NCBI GenBank assembly: GCA_032718475.1
Contig: JAUCBJ010007861.1
Span: forward strand, 1-63,323
Length of the DNA: 63,323 nt
Reading direction: 5' to 3'
Source of the DNA: Nemertoderma westbladi
Taxonomy: Eukaryota; Animalia; Xenacoelomorpha
The translations under genes were made by a program, and so were the position numbers. How positions within the stretch are numbered: the stretch's first letter is position 1; every line of letters starts with the position of its first letter. The notes beneath the pieces were generated by a model. It saw nothing but the letters and a program-made list of their open reading frames with translations, was not told where the DNA came from and did not search any database. Below are positions 37,609-49,691 of this stretch, piece after piece.

Positions 37609-39889
37609 CCTGTCACCCTAAATACGACTCTATTTGTATCAAAATTATGGGAGTGTAAATATGGCTGGGATGAACCCCTTTCCTTTGCAAATTTGTAATG
37701 ATTGGAAAGAACAGATCCAAGAAGTTGAAAAAGTTGTTCAGGACTTTAAAATTCAGCGCCATTTAGATTTACAGAGATCTAACATTTCTCTACATACATT
37801 TGCAGATGCTTCCCTAGTTGCATTTGGGTGTGTTTCTTACTTTGTTTCAGACTCATCAGTAAATCTAATAGGCTCAAAAGTAAAAGTAGTAGCAAAAAAG
37901 AAACATAAAGGTTTATCAATTCCAAGTAAAGAACTCTTAGCACTTACACTGGCTGAAGGTTATACTTCTTACCTATGTAATATATACAAACCTGCTTATT
38001 ATTATATTTTATCAAGGTCTTGTACTGCTGATTATTTATTGAAGTCAAATTTGTGGCGAAATGGACCTACTTGGCTAAAGAATAAAAAAAATGGCCAATT
38101 TGGAAGCCTAAACATACAATTTCGATTACAGCACTTGTTGAAAAAGAAGTGTTGAATGAGTACTACTGTGGTATATTGTCATGTATTGATTTAACAAGAT
38201 TTAATAATTACGAAGTATTACTTCGAGTAGTAGCATACATTTTGCGATTTATTACGAAACATACACGTAGTTCACTTATAATTGAAACTGAGGAAATGAA
38301 TTTATCTGAACTTTGTCTTATTCGATCTTTTCAAGCTTCAGCCTTTGCAGATATTTATGAATATGTTGCAACTAATCGTCAACTTGAACGAATTGAAGAT
38401 TTAAGTAGCCATGTCAAATTACATCATGAGCGAAGTCCACCCATTGTAAAGCAACTTGGGTTATGCATGGATAAACATGGCTGTATTGTCTTGCCGGGAG
38501 AGTAAATATAGATCATAGGTATACATTACCTTTACTGCTTCCTAAAGATCATTATGTCACAAAACTTATTATTCGTCATGTACATGAAACAAACTTACAT
38601 GCAGGTGTTAGTTCTACATTAGTAGCTTTTTGACAGAAATATTGGGTAGCCAGCTCAAGACAACAAGTGTGAAAAACAATCCATCCATGCATTATATGTT
38701 CTAAAGTTATAGGGAAACCCTTTCCCTTGCCACCAACTCCATATTTACCATATTTTCGTATTGATGCTGATGTACCTTACTCTGCTGTTGGGATGGATTA
38801 CACGGGACATTTATGGATAATAAATGATCTTATTAATAGAGAGAAATTAAAAGTTTATGTTTGCCTATTTACTTCTTGTTCAACACGACATATTAATTTA
38901 GAACTAGCTAATGATTTATCAGCTGACGCCTTTCTTCAATGTTTTAGACGTCATTGTGCTGTATATTCTACCCCATCATTATGTAGTTCTGATAATGCTT
39001 CAAACTTCGTAGCTGGTAATGATGAGATCAGCGAATTCTATAATACCTTAGATAAGGAGGATACTATTAATAGCATGAAAGATATTTGTGATGCAAACAA
39101 AGTAAAGTTATATTTCTGCAAAAAAAAAATACGGTTTCATCACATACCAAAGAGAGCCCCATGGTGTGGTGGGTTGTGGGAAATTCTTGTTGGCCTTGTA
39201 AAGACTGTACTCAAGAAAATTCTAAGATCATCATTTTTGACATTTAATGAACTGGAAACTGTGCTAAAAGAATGTCAAGCAGTGATTAATGATAGACCAC
39301 TATACTATATATCTTCAGATATTGACTATCCCCAACCAATATGTCCTTCGGAACTTGTATTTGGAAAGCATATTACAGGATTACCTCATCCACATATTGA
39401 ATTAGATGATATACTTGACCCTAGTTTTGGTGTAGACAAAACAACAATTAATCAGGCCCATGATAGACGCTCTCTCCTCCATAACCAATTTGTAACACGT
39501 TTCAAGAAAGAGTATTTGGAAATGTTAAGAGATAAACATATATCCCAATACAAAAATGTATCATCCTACAGTCACGTATTGATGTTGGACAAGTAGTTCA
39601 AATACATAGTGACACACCAAGAGTCAACTGGAAGTTAGCAATTGTAGAGCAGTTAATGAAAGGTCCGGACGGAGAAACAAGAGCTGCTATAATACATACG
39701 GCAAATGGTAAAACCAACCATCCAATTTCTAAACTATACCCACTGGAGCTTAGCGTAAGCAATATAGGGGACTTTAGAAAGAAAGAAACCCCTGAACCCC
39801 AAGATAAAGATATACGTAGAAGTACTAGAAATGCAGCTGCTAGAGCCACTGAAAGAATCAAGGAGCAGCTTCAAGATGGCCCGGGAGAA
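37609..39889 (+). pseudogene. BEL-2 RNase H plus integrase, degenerate
   Basis: LHTFADAS, WRNGPTWL, GMDYTG, SDNASNF, APWCGGLWE, GPDGETRAA...HPISKLYPLE. Confidence 0.9.
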
Positions 39890-40175
39890 TGTTGAAAATA
39901 TATTAGACTGTGGTGATGGGAATGTTGACCATACTGTATCTATAAAATATATTCCCTTCGGGATCTAAGTTCTTATCTTTTAGTTGTACCGGTACTCTGT
40001 ACTGTACTGTTTTCTTATATTTATATCTGAATGTTCTTTTGTCTATGTAAGTCTGCATGTGCTTTGTATGTACATTTATTAACATGTCTTATTGCCTACC
40101 TCATGAATATGGACATTTAGTGCAGAATTGCTTGACTGTATTTTCTTCTGCTTGATTAGACTGCAATTCCCAACA
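39890..40175 (+). repeat. BEL-2 3' LTR
   Basis: Follows the PPT; followed by TSD GTCAA. Confidence 0.95.
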
Positions 40176-41183
40176 GTCAATGGTTACTCTCATACATATA
40201 TTGTTGTTGTCAGACATAACATGAGATATTCTGTGAACAGGGATATGCCTGTCTTGAAGATAATCCTTGATGCAGTGAGTATTAACTTTATTTACCTTTC
40301 CCTTTACAGTTAGATACGCATAGGGGTAGCCATGTCCTGATAACTTATTTGGTGGTTGCTTGTAGACTGCATGATGATTGGAATGCAAAGAGGAAGTTGG
40401 CTTCTTCGTGTTCAGTCCCTCGAGTATGGCCTCTCGGTGATCTATGTAATGCCTTGAAGTAGATGTTGGTCTATATTCTGTGAATGTTGCCTTTCTCGTA
40501 TCTTTACCCGAAGAGGCAATTCTTTGGGAAAAATCAAGTCGGTGAGCCTTAGAACCAGTTCTTGTTTATTTGATGATTGATGTTTTTCCTCCAGTTTACT
40601 ACTATGGTTAGTTTGGTGCATAATTGAGTTGATAATGTTATGATTCACTTTATAAATACCAGTGCCAGTAGATTTGTTAGTGGACTTTGTGTGGTAGTTG
40701 TCTTTTGTGGTGTTGTTGTGGGGGTTGTGATGTCATTATTGATTGGTATGTTGAGTTGGTCAAATTGGTTTCTGATGCTTGTGGCCGAATTTATTGGTTT
40801 TGTTTCCCATCTTGATGTTTTCTTTTGCTGCAACCATTCCCCGTCATCGTTAGTGGTCATTGTTAGGGGTCCCTAGATTGTTTCACTGTTCTCATTCACT
40901 CCCTTTCCGAGTGTCGAGTTGCATTAGTACTTGTGAGATTATTTATATCTGCTTCTATTACGAGTCTCGCATGACGCTCATGATTAAGTTCATCTCTTAG
41001 GTTGCACAGTTGTTGTTTTATCATATCATTTTCGTGTTCAACTTTAGTTAATCTCGACTGAATGACGGCAGAAAATTCTTTCATATCTGCTTTAAGTTGC
41101 TCATAGTCTGATGTAGGTGTAGTTATGTTTGTCGTGCTAGATTGTTTCAACCTCTTTCGACAGTTATCCGAAAAAAGTCGCAT
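40176..41183 (-). pseudogene. LINE ORF1 C-terminal part (coiled coil plus RRM-like), continuing at 27810 past BEL-2
   Basis: Coiled coil RLTKVEHENDMIKQQLCNLRDEL; ICMRVTID joins RGNRTTLLNHSFWPTGTEC once BEL-2 is removed. Confidence 0.7.
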
Positions 41184-42348
41184 CTTTAAAAAAAGTCGTA
41201 TCTTTAATGCATTGAATAAGCTCGTAAATGTCTTGGTTCAGATCTTTAATGGAGTTTCTGGGTCTAAGCTCTAGTGTAGAGGATTGTGTTGGTTTCATTA
41301 ATCCTTTGGCGGCAATAAAAAGATCGTCTCTTGTCTGGAGAAGAGTTTTACTTGATTCTGCTGATAGTCGTTTTAAGGCATTCTTTTTGTTTGCTGATAA
41401 AATATTGTTGATGTCGATTGTTAGTTTTGGGAAATTTACTTGGCTCGATACAGGTTTTCTTTCATTACTGTTTCCGAACGTAGAAACGGAGTACTGACCA
41501 AAAACATGGCATTCGCATTGCGGCAAGGATTTGCAGGTTGAACAGGGATACTGGGATGTTAACAATTCTTTGTGATCAGGAAGTTTGTAGCACTTTACAT
41601 TATCTATGCTGTTTCGCACCCATTTTCTCGCTTCTTTACTGTCGTGAATCACAGGTGATATGGTTGATTCTCCTCTGACAATTGCCGTAGCATATGCACA
41701 TAGAAAGATACCACAATCATGGCTATTCTTTTGAATAGTGAACTTATGAGGAGAGGTAGTAGTTTTCCATTTTGTATTTATAGAAGGAACTCCACAGAAC
41801 CTATCAATTTCGTTAAGAATATGAGCGATTTCTTCTGTGACCTTGGATGGGTAGATATGACCCAGTGAACATACCCTATATATGAGCCTCCTGTTTAGGT
41901 TAGCAACGTGTAATACAAAATGCGAGCCTTTTCCATTCTTTACCACACATTTTGGAAAAAATATAAATGAATCTTTTTGATATGCACTGTTGTTCTTTAT
42001 GTTGATATACTGCTTTGCCACATACTGAACTGCAGTGAGCTTGTCAAACTTATCTCTATGAACCTTCTGTGTGAATTGACTGAGTAGAGCTGCAGAGTCA
42101 TAGTTTAGAGAGATAATGCCAAGAAATCCATCTATTACTGCGTCAGAAATCCAGCATTTTCCACTTAAAGTTTCCACATCCGAGGGCATTGGGAGAACTA
42201 ACCCGGGTGTCATTTTATCAAGTCGTATTGATTCAATATATGCTTTAATTTCGGCGTCCATCTCAGTGGGGTTCTTTGGTTGGTTGTCTTGGCTGCCTCT
42301 GTCGGGAAATACTTCGAATAAATCAGGGTCATTACTGTTGATATCCAT
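41164..42348 (-). CDS. Ulp1/SENP (peptidase C48)-like domain protein, probably the LINE ORF1 N-terminal region
   Basis: CWISDAVIDGF, FFP...SHFVL, IYRVCSLG (Asp position substituted), QKNSHDCGIFLCAYA. Confidence 0.75.
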   Translation of the reverse strand: MDINSNDPDLFEVFPDRGSQDNQPKNPTEMDAEIKAYIESIRLDKMTPGLVLPMPSDVETLSGKCWISDAVIDGFLGIISLNYDSAALLSQFTQKVHRDKFDKLTAVQYVAKQYINIKNNSAYQKDSFIFFPKCVVKNGKGSHFVLHVANLNRRLIYRVCSLGHIYPSKVTEEIAHILNEIDRFCGVPSINTKWKTTTSPHKFTIQKNSHDCGIFLCAYATAIVRGESTISPVIHDSKEARKWVRNSIDNVKCYKLPDHKELLTSQYPCSTCKSLPQCECHVFGQYSVSTFGNSNERKPVSSQVNFPKLTIDINNILSANKKNALKRLSAESSKTLLQTRDDLFIAAKGLMKPTQSSTLELRPRNSIKDLNQDIYELIQCIKDTTFFKDATFFG

Positions 42349-43099
42349 ATCCCCTTTCCCTTTAGTGTTGGTTGATTGTAGGGATGTAGGCCTATAGTTG
42401 AATTTTGAGGTATTATTGACTGGTCGTTTATATTGTAGTTACTTGTCGGAAGTCGGGGTTCAAACATCTGAGTGTCTACAAACAGATTGGATGGTGCAGC
42501 ATTTGATGGTTGCTGCAGTTGGATTTCTTGGTCACTGTCACCGGCAATTGATCGAACTTCCCAATTTCCATCCTCCATTTCATCCTCCACTACCACGATC
42601 TCATAATGAGGTTTTGGTTCAGTTGGGACCTTGGCAGTATCCGTATCTGCGTGAGGTGGATTTGAAGATGGTTCATCTGCAGTCGGAGATGAAACTCGAC
42701 TTAAATTCCAGGACACCAATGCCCGGCTGAGCCAGGAGGTCATGGGCTGTATGGATGCCCGGGCCTCCCACCTGACTCAGGTTAGCAGACACTCCTTCCA
42801 CACGTTTATTAATTGCTCGTTCGCATTCAGGTATTACAATATCTCCAGGATCATTACAAAAATATGAGTTCGCCTGCTTTGTATAATTACTATCCTTCTT
42901 TGTAAAATATTAAGTTATCTTTGTCTTGCGAGTATACTTAATATTAATAGTATTATTATTCACATTCTTCTGATTAATGGGCAAAAACTGAGTATTCAAA
43001 AGTCCATTGGATCTGGGGTTTCTCTCAATGTTGGGTGGACTTGGAGGAACCGGAAGTGAAAGTCCATTGTTGTTCACCATGTCATTGGACGAGGACGTA

Positions 43100-43563
43100 C
43101 TCGGAGCAACTGGAAATCCATCGGAGTTTAACACGGCATTTAGAGAACTTGGAGCAGCTGGAGGTCCGTCGGAGTTCAGCACGACAATGGGCTGTCGACT
43201 TCTGGGCGAACTCGGAAGTTCACGAAGAACTCGGAACGGAGTTCAACATGGCTTTGGGCGAACACGGAGCAGCTGGAAGTCCGTTGGAGTTCAACATCAA
43301 CACGGCATTGGGCAAACTCGGAGCAGCTGGTAGTCCATCGGAGTTCAACACGGCGTTGGGCAAACTCGGAGCAGCTGGAAGTCTGTCGGAGTTCAACACG
43401 GCGTTGGGCGAATTCGGAGTAGCTGGAGGTCTGTCGGAGCTCAACAAGGCGTTGGGCGAACTCGGAGCAGCTGGAAGTCTGTTGGAGTTCAACACGGCGT
43501 TGGGCTAACTCGGAGCAGCTGGAAGTCCGTCAGAGTTCAACACGGCGTTGGGCGAACACGGAG
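43100..43563. repeat. 48-bp tandem repeat (minus-strand peptide LNSDGLPAAPSSPNAV)
   Basis: gagttcaacacggcgttgggcaaactcggagcagctggaagtctgtcg at 43341, 43389 and neighbours. Confidence 0.9.
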
Positions 43564-43565
43564 CC

Positions 43566-45127
43566 CCTATCTGCTACCCGAAAGTAGGGGTGGGCGCTAC
43601 TCCTATCTGCTACCCGAAGGTAGGTGTGGGCACTTCTTCTATCTGCTACCCGAAAGTAGGGGTGGGCACTACTCCTATCTGCTACCCGAAGGTAGGTGTG
43701 GGCGCTACTCCAATCTGCTACCCGAATGTAGGGGTGGGTGCTATTCCTAGCTACTACCCCAGGGTAGGTGTGGGCGCTACTCCTATCTGCTACCCGAATG
43801 TAGGGGTGGGCGCTACAGCCTAACTGCTACCCGAAAATAGGGGTGGGCACTACTCTTATCTGCTACCCGAAGGTAGGTGTGGGCGCTACTCCTATCAGCT
43901 ACCTGAAGGTAGGGGTGGGCGCTACTCCTATCTGCTGCCCGAAAGTAGGGGTGAGCACTACTTCTATATGCTACCCGAAGGTAGGTGTGGGCGCTACTCC
44001 TATCTGCTACCTGAATGTAGGGGTGGGCGCTATTCATAGCTACTACCCGAGGGTAGGTGTGGGCGCTACTCCTATCTGCTACCCAAATGTAGGGGTGGGC
44101 GCTATTCCTGGCTACTACCCGAAGGTAGGGATGGGTGCTCCTACTATCTGCTACCCGAAGGTAGGGGTGGGCGCTTCTTCTATCTGCTACCCGAAAGTAG
44201 GGGTGGGCACTACTCCTATCTGCTACCCGAAGGTAGGTATGGGCGCTACTCCAATCTGCTACCCGAATGTAGGGGTGGGCGCTATTCCTATCTGCTACCC
44301 GAATGTAGGGGTTGGCGCTACTCCTATCTGCTACCCGAAAGTAGGGGTGGGCACTACTCCTATCTGCTACCCGAAGGTAGGTGTGGGCGCTACTCCTATC
44401 AGCTACCTGAAGGTAGGGGTGGGCGCTACACCTATCTGCTACCCGAAAGTAGGGGTGGGCGCTACTTCTATATGCTACCCGAAGGTAGGTGTGGGCGCTA
44501 CTCCTATCTGCTACCTGAATGTAGGGGTGGGCGCTATTCATAGCTACTACCCGAGGGTAGGTGTGGGCGCTACTCCTATCTGCTACCCAAATGTAGGGGT
44601 GGGCGCTATTCCTAGCTACTACCCGAAGGTAGGGGTGGGCGCTACTCCTATCTGCAACCCGATGGTAGGGGTGGGCGCTACTCCTATCTGCTACCCGAAA
44701 GTAGGAGTGGGCGCCACTCCTATCTGCTACCTGAAGGTAGGTGTGGGCGCTACTCCTATCATCTACCTGAAGGTAGGGGTGGGTGCCCCTCCTATCTGCT
44801 ACCCGATGGTAGGGGTGGGCACTACTCCAGCTGTTGCCGAAGGTAGGTGTGGGCGCTACTCAGATCTGCTACCGAAGGTAGGGGTGGGCGCTACTCCTAT
44901 CTTCTACCCGGAGGTAGGGGTGGGCGCTATTCCTATCTGCTACCCGAACGTAGGGGTGGGCGCTATTCATATCTGCTACCCCAAGGTAGGGGTGTGCGCT
45001 ACCAGAAGTTAGGGGTGGGTGCTACTCCTATCGGCTACCCGAGGGTAGGGGTGGGTGCTACTCCTATCTGCTACCCCAAGGTAGGGGTGGGTGCTACTCC
45101 TATCTGCTACCCGAAGGTAGGGGTGGC
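43566..45127. repeat. 36-bp GC-rich tandem repeat, about 43 copies
   Basis: Unit ctatctgctacccgaaggtaggggtgggcgctactc. Confidence 0.95.
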
Positions 45128-45474
45128 CCTTAACAGAAATCAACCAACTAATTTCATATATGCTTTAAATAACGTTTAAAACTATTTCGCTCGCTTCGCT
45201 TGCGTTTATCTTTGTGTTCATTTAAAGATTTAATTATGTAATTTAATAGAAATTGTTGATTTAAAATACTGTGGTTAGTTCCGCCCATTGTCATATATTT
45301 AATCACAAAATTAATTCCCTACTACTTTATTATTTTTCACTCAATATTCATCAAACATATACCAAAATGTTCAGCAGCTTTGTGTTAAATTTTCAGAGTT
45401 AAATGAGCTAAATGAGTTAAATTCTCATTAACAAGCCCCTTTATTGTAGTCAGTATATCAGTAGCTCAATATCT

Positions 45475-46157
45475 TTAGTTATCATTGTGATAAATTAGTT
45501 CATCTTCAAAAATGTCTTCCAGATCTTGCAGGGATAAATAGCAGCTGTAATACCGAGCGAGGGAGATATATCCTGGGAAAGCACGGTGTGGATACCCACA
45601 TTCAATCGTAGTCGTCCCACAAAACCGTCGAGCCAAATAAAGATCGAAAACACCATCATTATCGTGCCTTTTAGTATTGATGGAGTTGTCAACATCTATC
45701 CTTGAATGTTCAGAACTCCCCACTCGTCGACTGTAAAGAAATGTTTGCCTATTAACTGCAGTCACTCCAACTGCAACCATATACCATTCTCCGATACTCA
45801 CAGCGTTTATAAGCCCTTTCCCAGGTTCACCAGATGGGATATGATAACTAGGATTATACCAAAGATCTACAACATTAGGATATAACCATAAATGTGACCC
45901 AAATGCAGTTGAACTGCCAAATTCATATATCGGACCCAAATGACTTCCAGTTATCTTAATAAAATTCGTTAATTCGCCTGGACCATGTGGAATTGAGATA
46001 TAACCAGTATTACTTATCATGTCAACAGCCTGATTTTGAATCCCTCCTGGACCGACACTGTATGAAATAATACCGTTTTCAATCCCAGGATGATTTCCAT
46101 AAAGATCGTTAGCTGCATTCGCTACATCCCAAATCCACAACGACTTGTCACAAGGAT
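45475..46157 (-). CDS. Exon 3 (last) of secreted PAN-EGF-LamG-like gene: concanavalin A-like/LamG domain
   Basis: tttTAG acceptor at 46159-46158, phase 1; DLYGNHPG, IGEWYMVAV, FPGYISLARYYSCYLS; TAA at 45475; AATAAA at 45440-45445. Confidence 0.8.
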
Positions 46158-49127
46158 CTAAAACATTTGAAATAATAATAGTTATTGCAACAAAAAATCA
46201 TATTTTATTTAAACATTAATTATTTATTATAGCATGATAATTAACACATTGTCAGCGGATTCAATTCCCTGCACTACCCACCGTAAATGGGATTAGTGGC
46301 ATTTTACCAATTATAGTTGGCGAGGTTGATATTACCAATAATAATGTCACCTCACAACCAACTAAGGCGATGCACGCCGCAAGCCACAGGGAGAGTTGAG
46401 AGGTCAAACTATCTAAGAGGGACAAACAGGCTAGCAAGGTAACAATTAATCAGGTTAAGCCAATGGTGGGTGGGAGAGCACATTGGGAGTGATTCCTGAT
46501 TAGGCTATTGGATACTCAGGCCACTCAGTAGTGTAAAGCTGATTTAATGTGTTAATAATAATATAACCGTTGCACTTATTGTTAGCGCATTTGATAAAAT
46601 ATGTTCTTTCACTCTCAATTTTCATATATTGTGACTTCTATCTGTTACTTAATTATCCATGCAAAAATGAAGGCTAAATGTCCGGTCTGATACAATGAAC
46701 GGATTTGCGCTAGTGTACCTGTCACCGAGGGCCGCTCACGGTATCTGTTTATTTACCCTTTCTCCCTTCGATGTATTGATTTGCTCTATATTTCATTTAG
46801 TTCGGTACGGTATTTGATTATCTATTGTATTTAACTGAGATATGATACCTGGAGGGTGTGGCAACACAGTATAACAAGCAAATGACTGACTAATTAATTA
46901 TGTAAGGACTCAAGTCTGGTGATTGTGTTTCCCTTTAGGGGAAACGTATTGTGACAAGTCTTTGGTCTAATTATATTGATATCACTACAGTATTCAATTT
47001 GTGACAACTCTCAATCGTGATGTAATTAATAATAAGAGCTTTGCTTATATTAATGGTCTGAAATATCGCCATATATTAATTATTTAGTAAGTCAGAGATA
47101 TGACAACACACAAATCTGATACAATTGCCCAGATTATCACTGATACTTAATTAATTACAGCAACCCACCTGTTGTGGCGCGTGTAAAACTTCCTTGATTC
47201 TGTAATATCGGCGATATATTAAGCAAATAAGAATGACAAATTGAATTTACCAGTAGAATATCCAATATAGCGATAAATAATTATAATTCAATTATTAACT
47301 CTTTAAGTTTAGACCTTAGGCCTGTAATAACCACCAGTCAATTAAACCTGACCGGGGATCAGTGCCTCTGCATGGGCAATGCGACTTCTGCTGTACAACA
47401 ATAACAAAAAGAGTGAATCAATCACAGAACCAATCGTACTTATATATCAGCCCATCAGTAAGGAGCACAGCCAATAAGGTGGATCCCCATACAAGCCCTA
47501 CACGAACCTTAATACAAGTTGGATATGCAGATAATGGCACTAGATGGCGCCAAAACCCTCAACAAAGAATTATTCAACAGAAATAGCCAATATTATATCG
47601 TAACCGACTTTATCAATATAAAATGGTGTTTTGAGCTTAAAATTAGTAAAATAAGTAATCTAAAAGGCTAAGTTCACACGTGCAGCAACACTTATTGATT
47701 ACTGATTCAGTTGGTTCCAATACAGTTGTGAGACCGAAACAGTTTTAACCGTCGTCACTATCGTGCTATTATATTCTGACTGTGCTATTATTATCTTCTG
47801 TGATTATAACGGCTGACAGTAAAACCTCAGTTACTTGAACGGCCTTCGGCCTATATATATCCAGACTACAAGTTCAGCAGCCTACGGATGCGGCGATGCG
47901 TATAACATACACCGGTCGGGATCTAGACTCCAAGGTCCCGTCACACACATTATTAGAAAAATTACAAGTCACTTCTATTTTAATAATGTATAATCTATAC
48001 CATTTTAAATTAAACATTTTTGTTGGTCACTAAAATGACTGGGGGTTGAAGTAGTCGGGATCAAAGTAGTCGAAACAGGGTTTTCACAGTTTCCCGTAGA
48101 CAAAGGGGTACAGCTTCCACAAGGACGCTTCGATCGAACGCAGCCGCATCGGCTAGTTGGGGCACATGAGCGCACCCCACAGTTACAACAGCGTTGGGAC
48201 CCTTGCTGCATCTCTAACAACTAATTCAATCGAGAAATAAAGCGAGTAATACAATATAATAATACGTTGGCGCCAGACAGTCTGGCAGTGTCAAACAGGT
48301 TATAACTTATATTACCGTACCAACTACTGAAGGGTGAGGGAAAATATAATTATAATATTTCATTATATTTATTTAATATATTTATTTATATATATTTATT
48401 ATATTTATATTATATATATATATTATATTAATATTTTATTAATTAATTAATTAATTATCGCACTTGGGTACTATGTTGCTTGGATTTATTACTGGTAACA
48501 TTGATTTAAGCGATTAATTAAAGATGATTTAAAGATTTACAGCGATTAATTAATAAGTATTATAATAATACATTACTAATTTCTAATTATACTATTTTTA
48601 CATATGAGGACTCCTGCAATTTTTTGTATCTATTGTTTGTTTCATCAGTCTGGCTGTTTGTCGGTCTGTCTTTCCACATTTGATACCAAAAACTTACAAA
48701 TCAAGGAGTAAAAATGTAAAAATATTCCTGAGATATTTTACGCCTTTAATCCCACTCGCGTAAAATTAATATCTGAAATCTAGTTTGTCTGTCTTTCAGT
48801 CTAATTTACTGTCTAACAGTGTCCGTCAAAATATAAGAATAGTGCAATCCATCTAGTTGAAAGTTTATCTATAAAGTTTTCCTGGTCATATAATTCATTT
48901 CGAGTGATTCACTTTTTCGTTTATCTGCTTGGCTGTCAGGATGTCGGATATATTTTGACGGACAGACTGACAGGAATACCTACAGAAATAACGTCGCCAA
49001 ATTTAGAATACAAGGTTGGAAATAAAGTTCGACCAATAAAACCCATAAAGAAATTTTTTTAGCCCCCAAAACTGCACAAGAACATGAAACAAATCATGAA
49101 AAATAAGTGTTATAATATTCCTCTAAC

Positions 49128-49259
49128 CTTTACAGGAACCATCGCCTCCATCAAGATCGTAACCTTCAGCACAGCTGCAGTCAGAAACCAGTCCTCTTGT
49201 TATCTTACAGTCGTATTCTATACCGGTTGGGCAAACAAGGCAGGGATCCTGCACTGGGC
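49128..49259 (-). CDS. Exon 2: EGF-like domain
   Basis: 132-bp symmetric phase-1 exon, cAG...GTtag; translates PVQDPCLVCPTGIEYDCKITRGLVSDCSCAEGYDLDGGDGSCK. Confidence 0.82.
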
Positions 49260-49354
49260 CTGTGTAATAAAATATCTAATTTATCAATATTTATTGAATC
49301 TAATTATTATGAGAACATTTGATATAAAAGAAATAATTTGTAAAACCAACTTAC

Positions 49355-49691
49355 ATTGAAATTCGATATTGTCCACCTTGTCAAAGAATGCAACATTATC
49401 CCCATATGTATCAATGATGTTGCTTAGATTTGTGTCAGAATGATTTGGATTTTCGAACAGACACAATTTGGCTGTCAGATCTTCATCATCCCAGGCCCAC
49501 ACAACAGCTGTGCATTGTCCAGAAGTCCCACATCCTGTCATGCATTGTGTATAATTGCGGATGTCGTTCTGTTTCTTTAGGGAAACATCTCCGAGGAAGT
49601 TGGTGTGACATGGTGTGGTAAATGAACCAGCCCATGGTACTAGAAGGAAGTAGAAAATAATTATAATATTAATATCAATTGTAACATTCAT
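49355..49691 (-). CDS. Exon 1: signal peptide plus PAN/apple-like domain
   Basis: Hydrophobic N-terminus IIIIFYFLLVPWAGS; CMTGC...CTAV..W...C pattern; GTAAGT donor at 49354, phase 1. Confidence 0.78.

Larger units (their letters stand above)
27816..40175 (+). mobile_element. Complete but degenerate BEL/Pao LTR retrotransposon (BEL-2) with nested RTE and Gypsy
   Basis: Two TGT...ACA LTRs; 5-bp TSD GTCAA at 27811-27815 and 40176-40180; PBS TGGTGCCTGGACCCG at 28107; PPT GGGAGAA at 39883. Confidence 0.95.

Noticed and set aside
43548-45179. VGVGATPICYPK elastin-like protein, or a 36-bp CRISPR repeat
   Set aside because: No spacers; ORFs are open on both strands, broken by indels, and have no signal peptide or splice evidence
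26314-45290. hAT-like ends at ~26314 and ~45290 enclosing the LINE
   Set aside because: The ends match poorly and there is no 8-bp TSD
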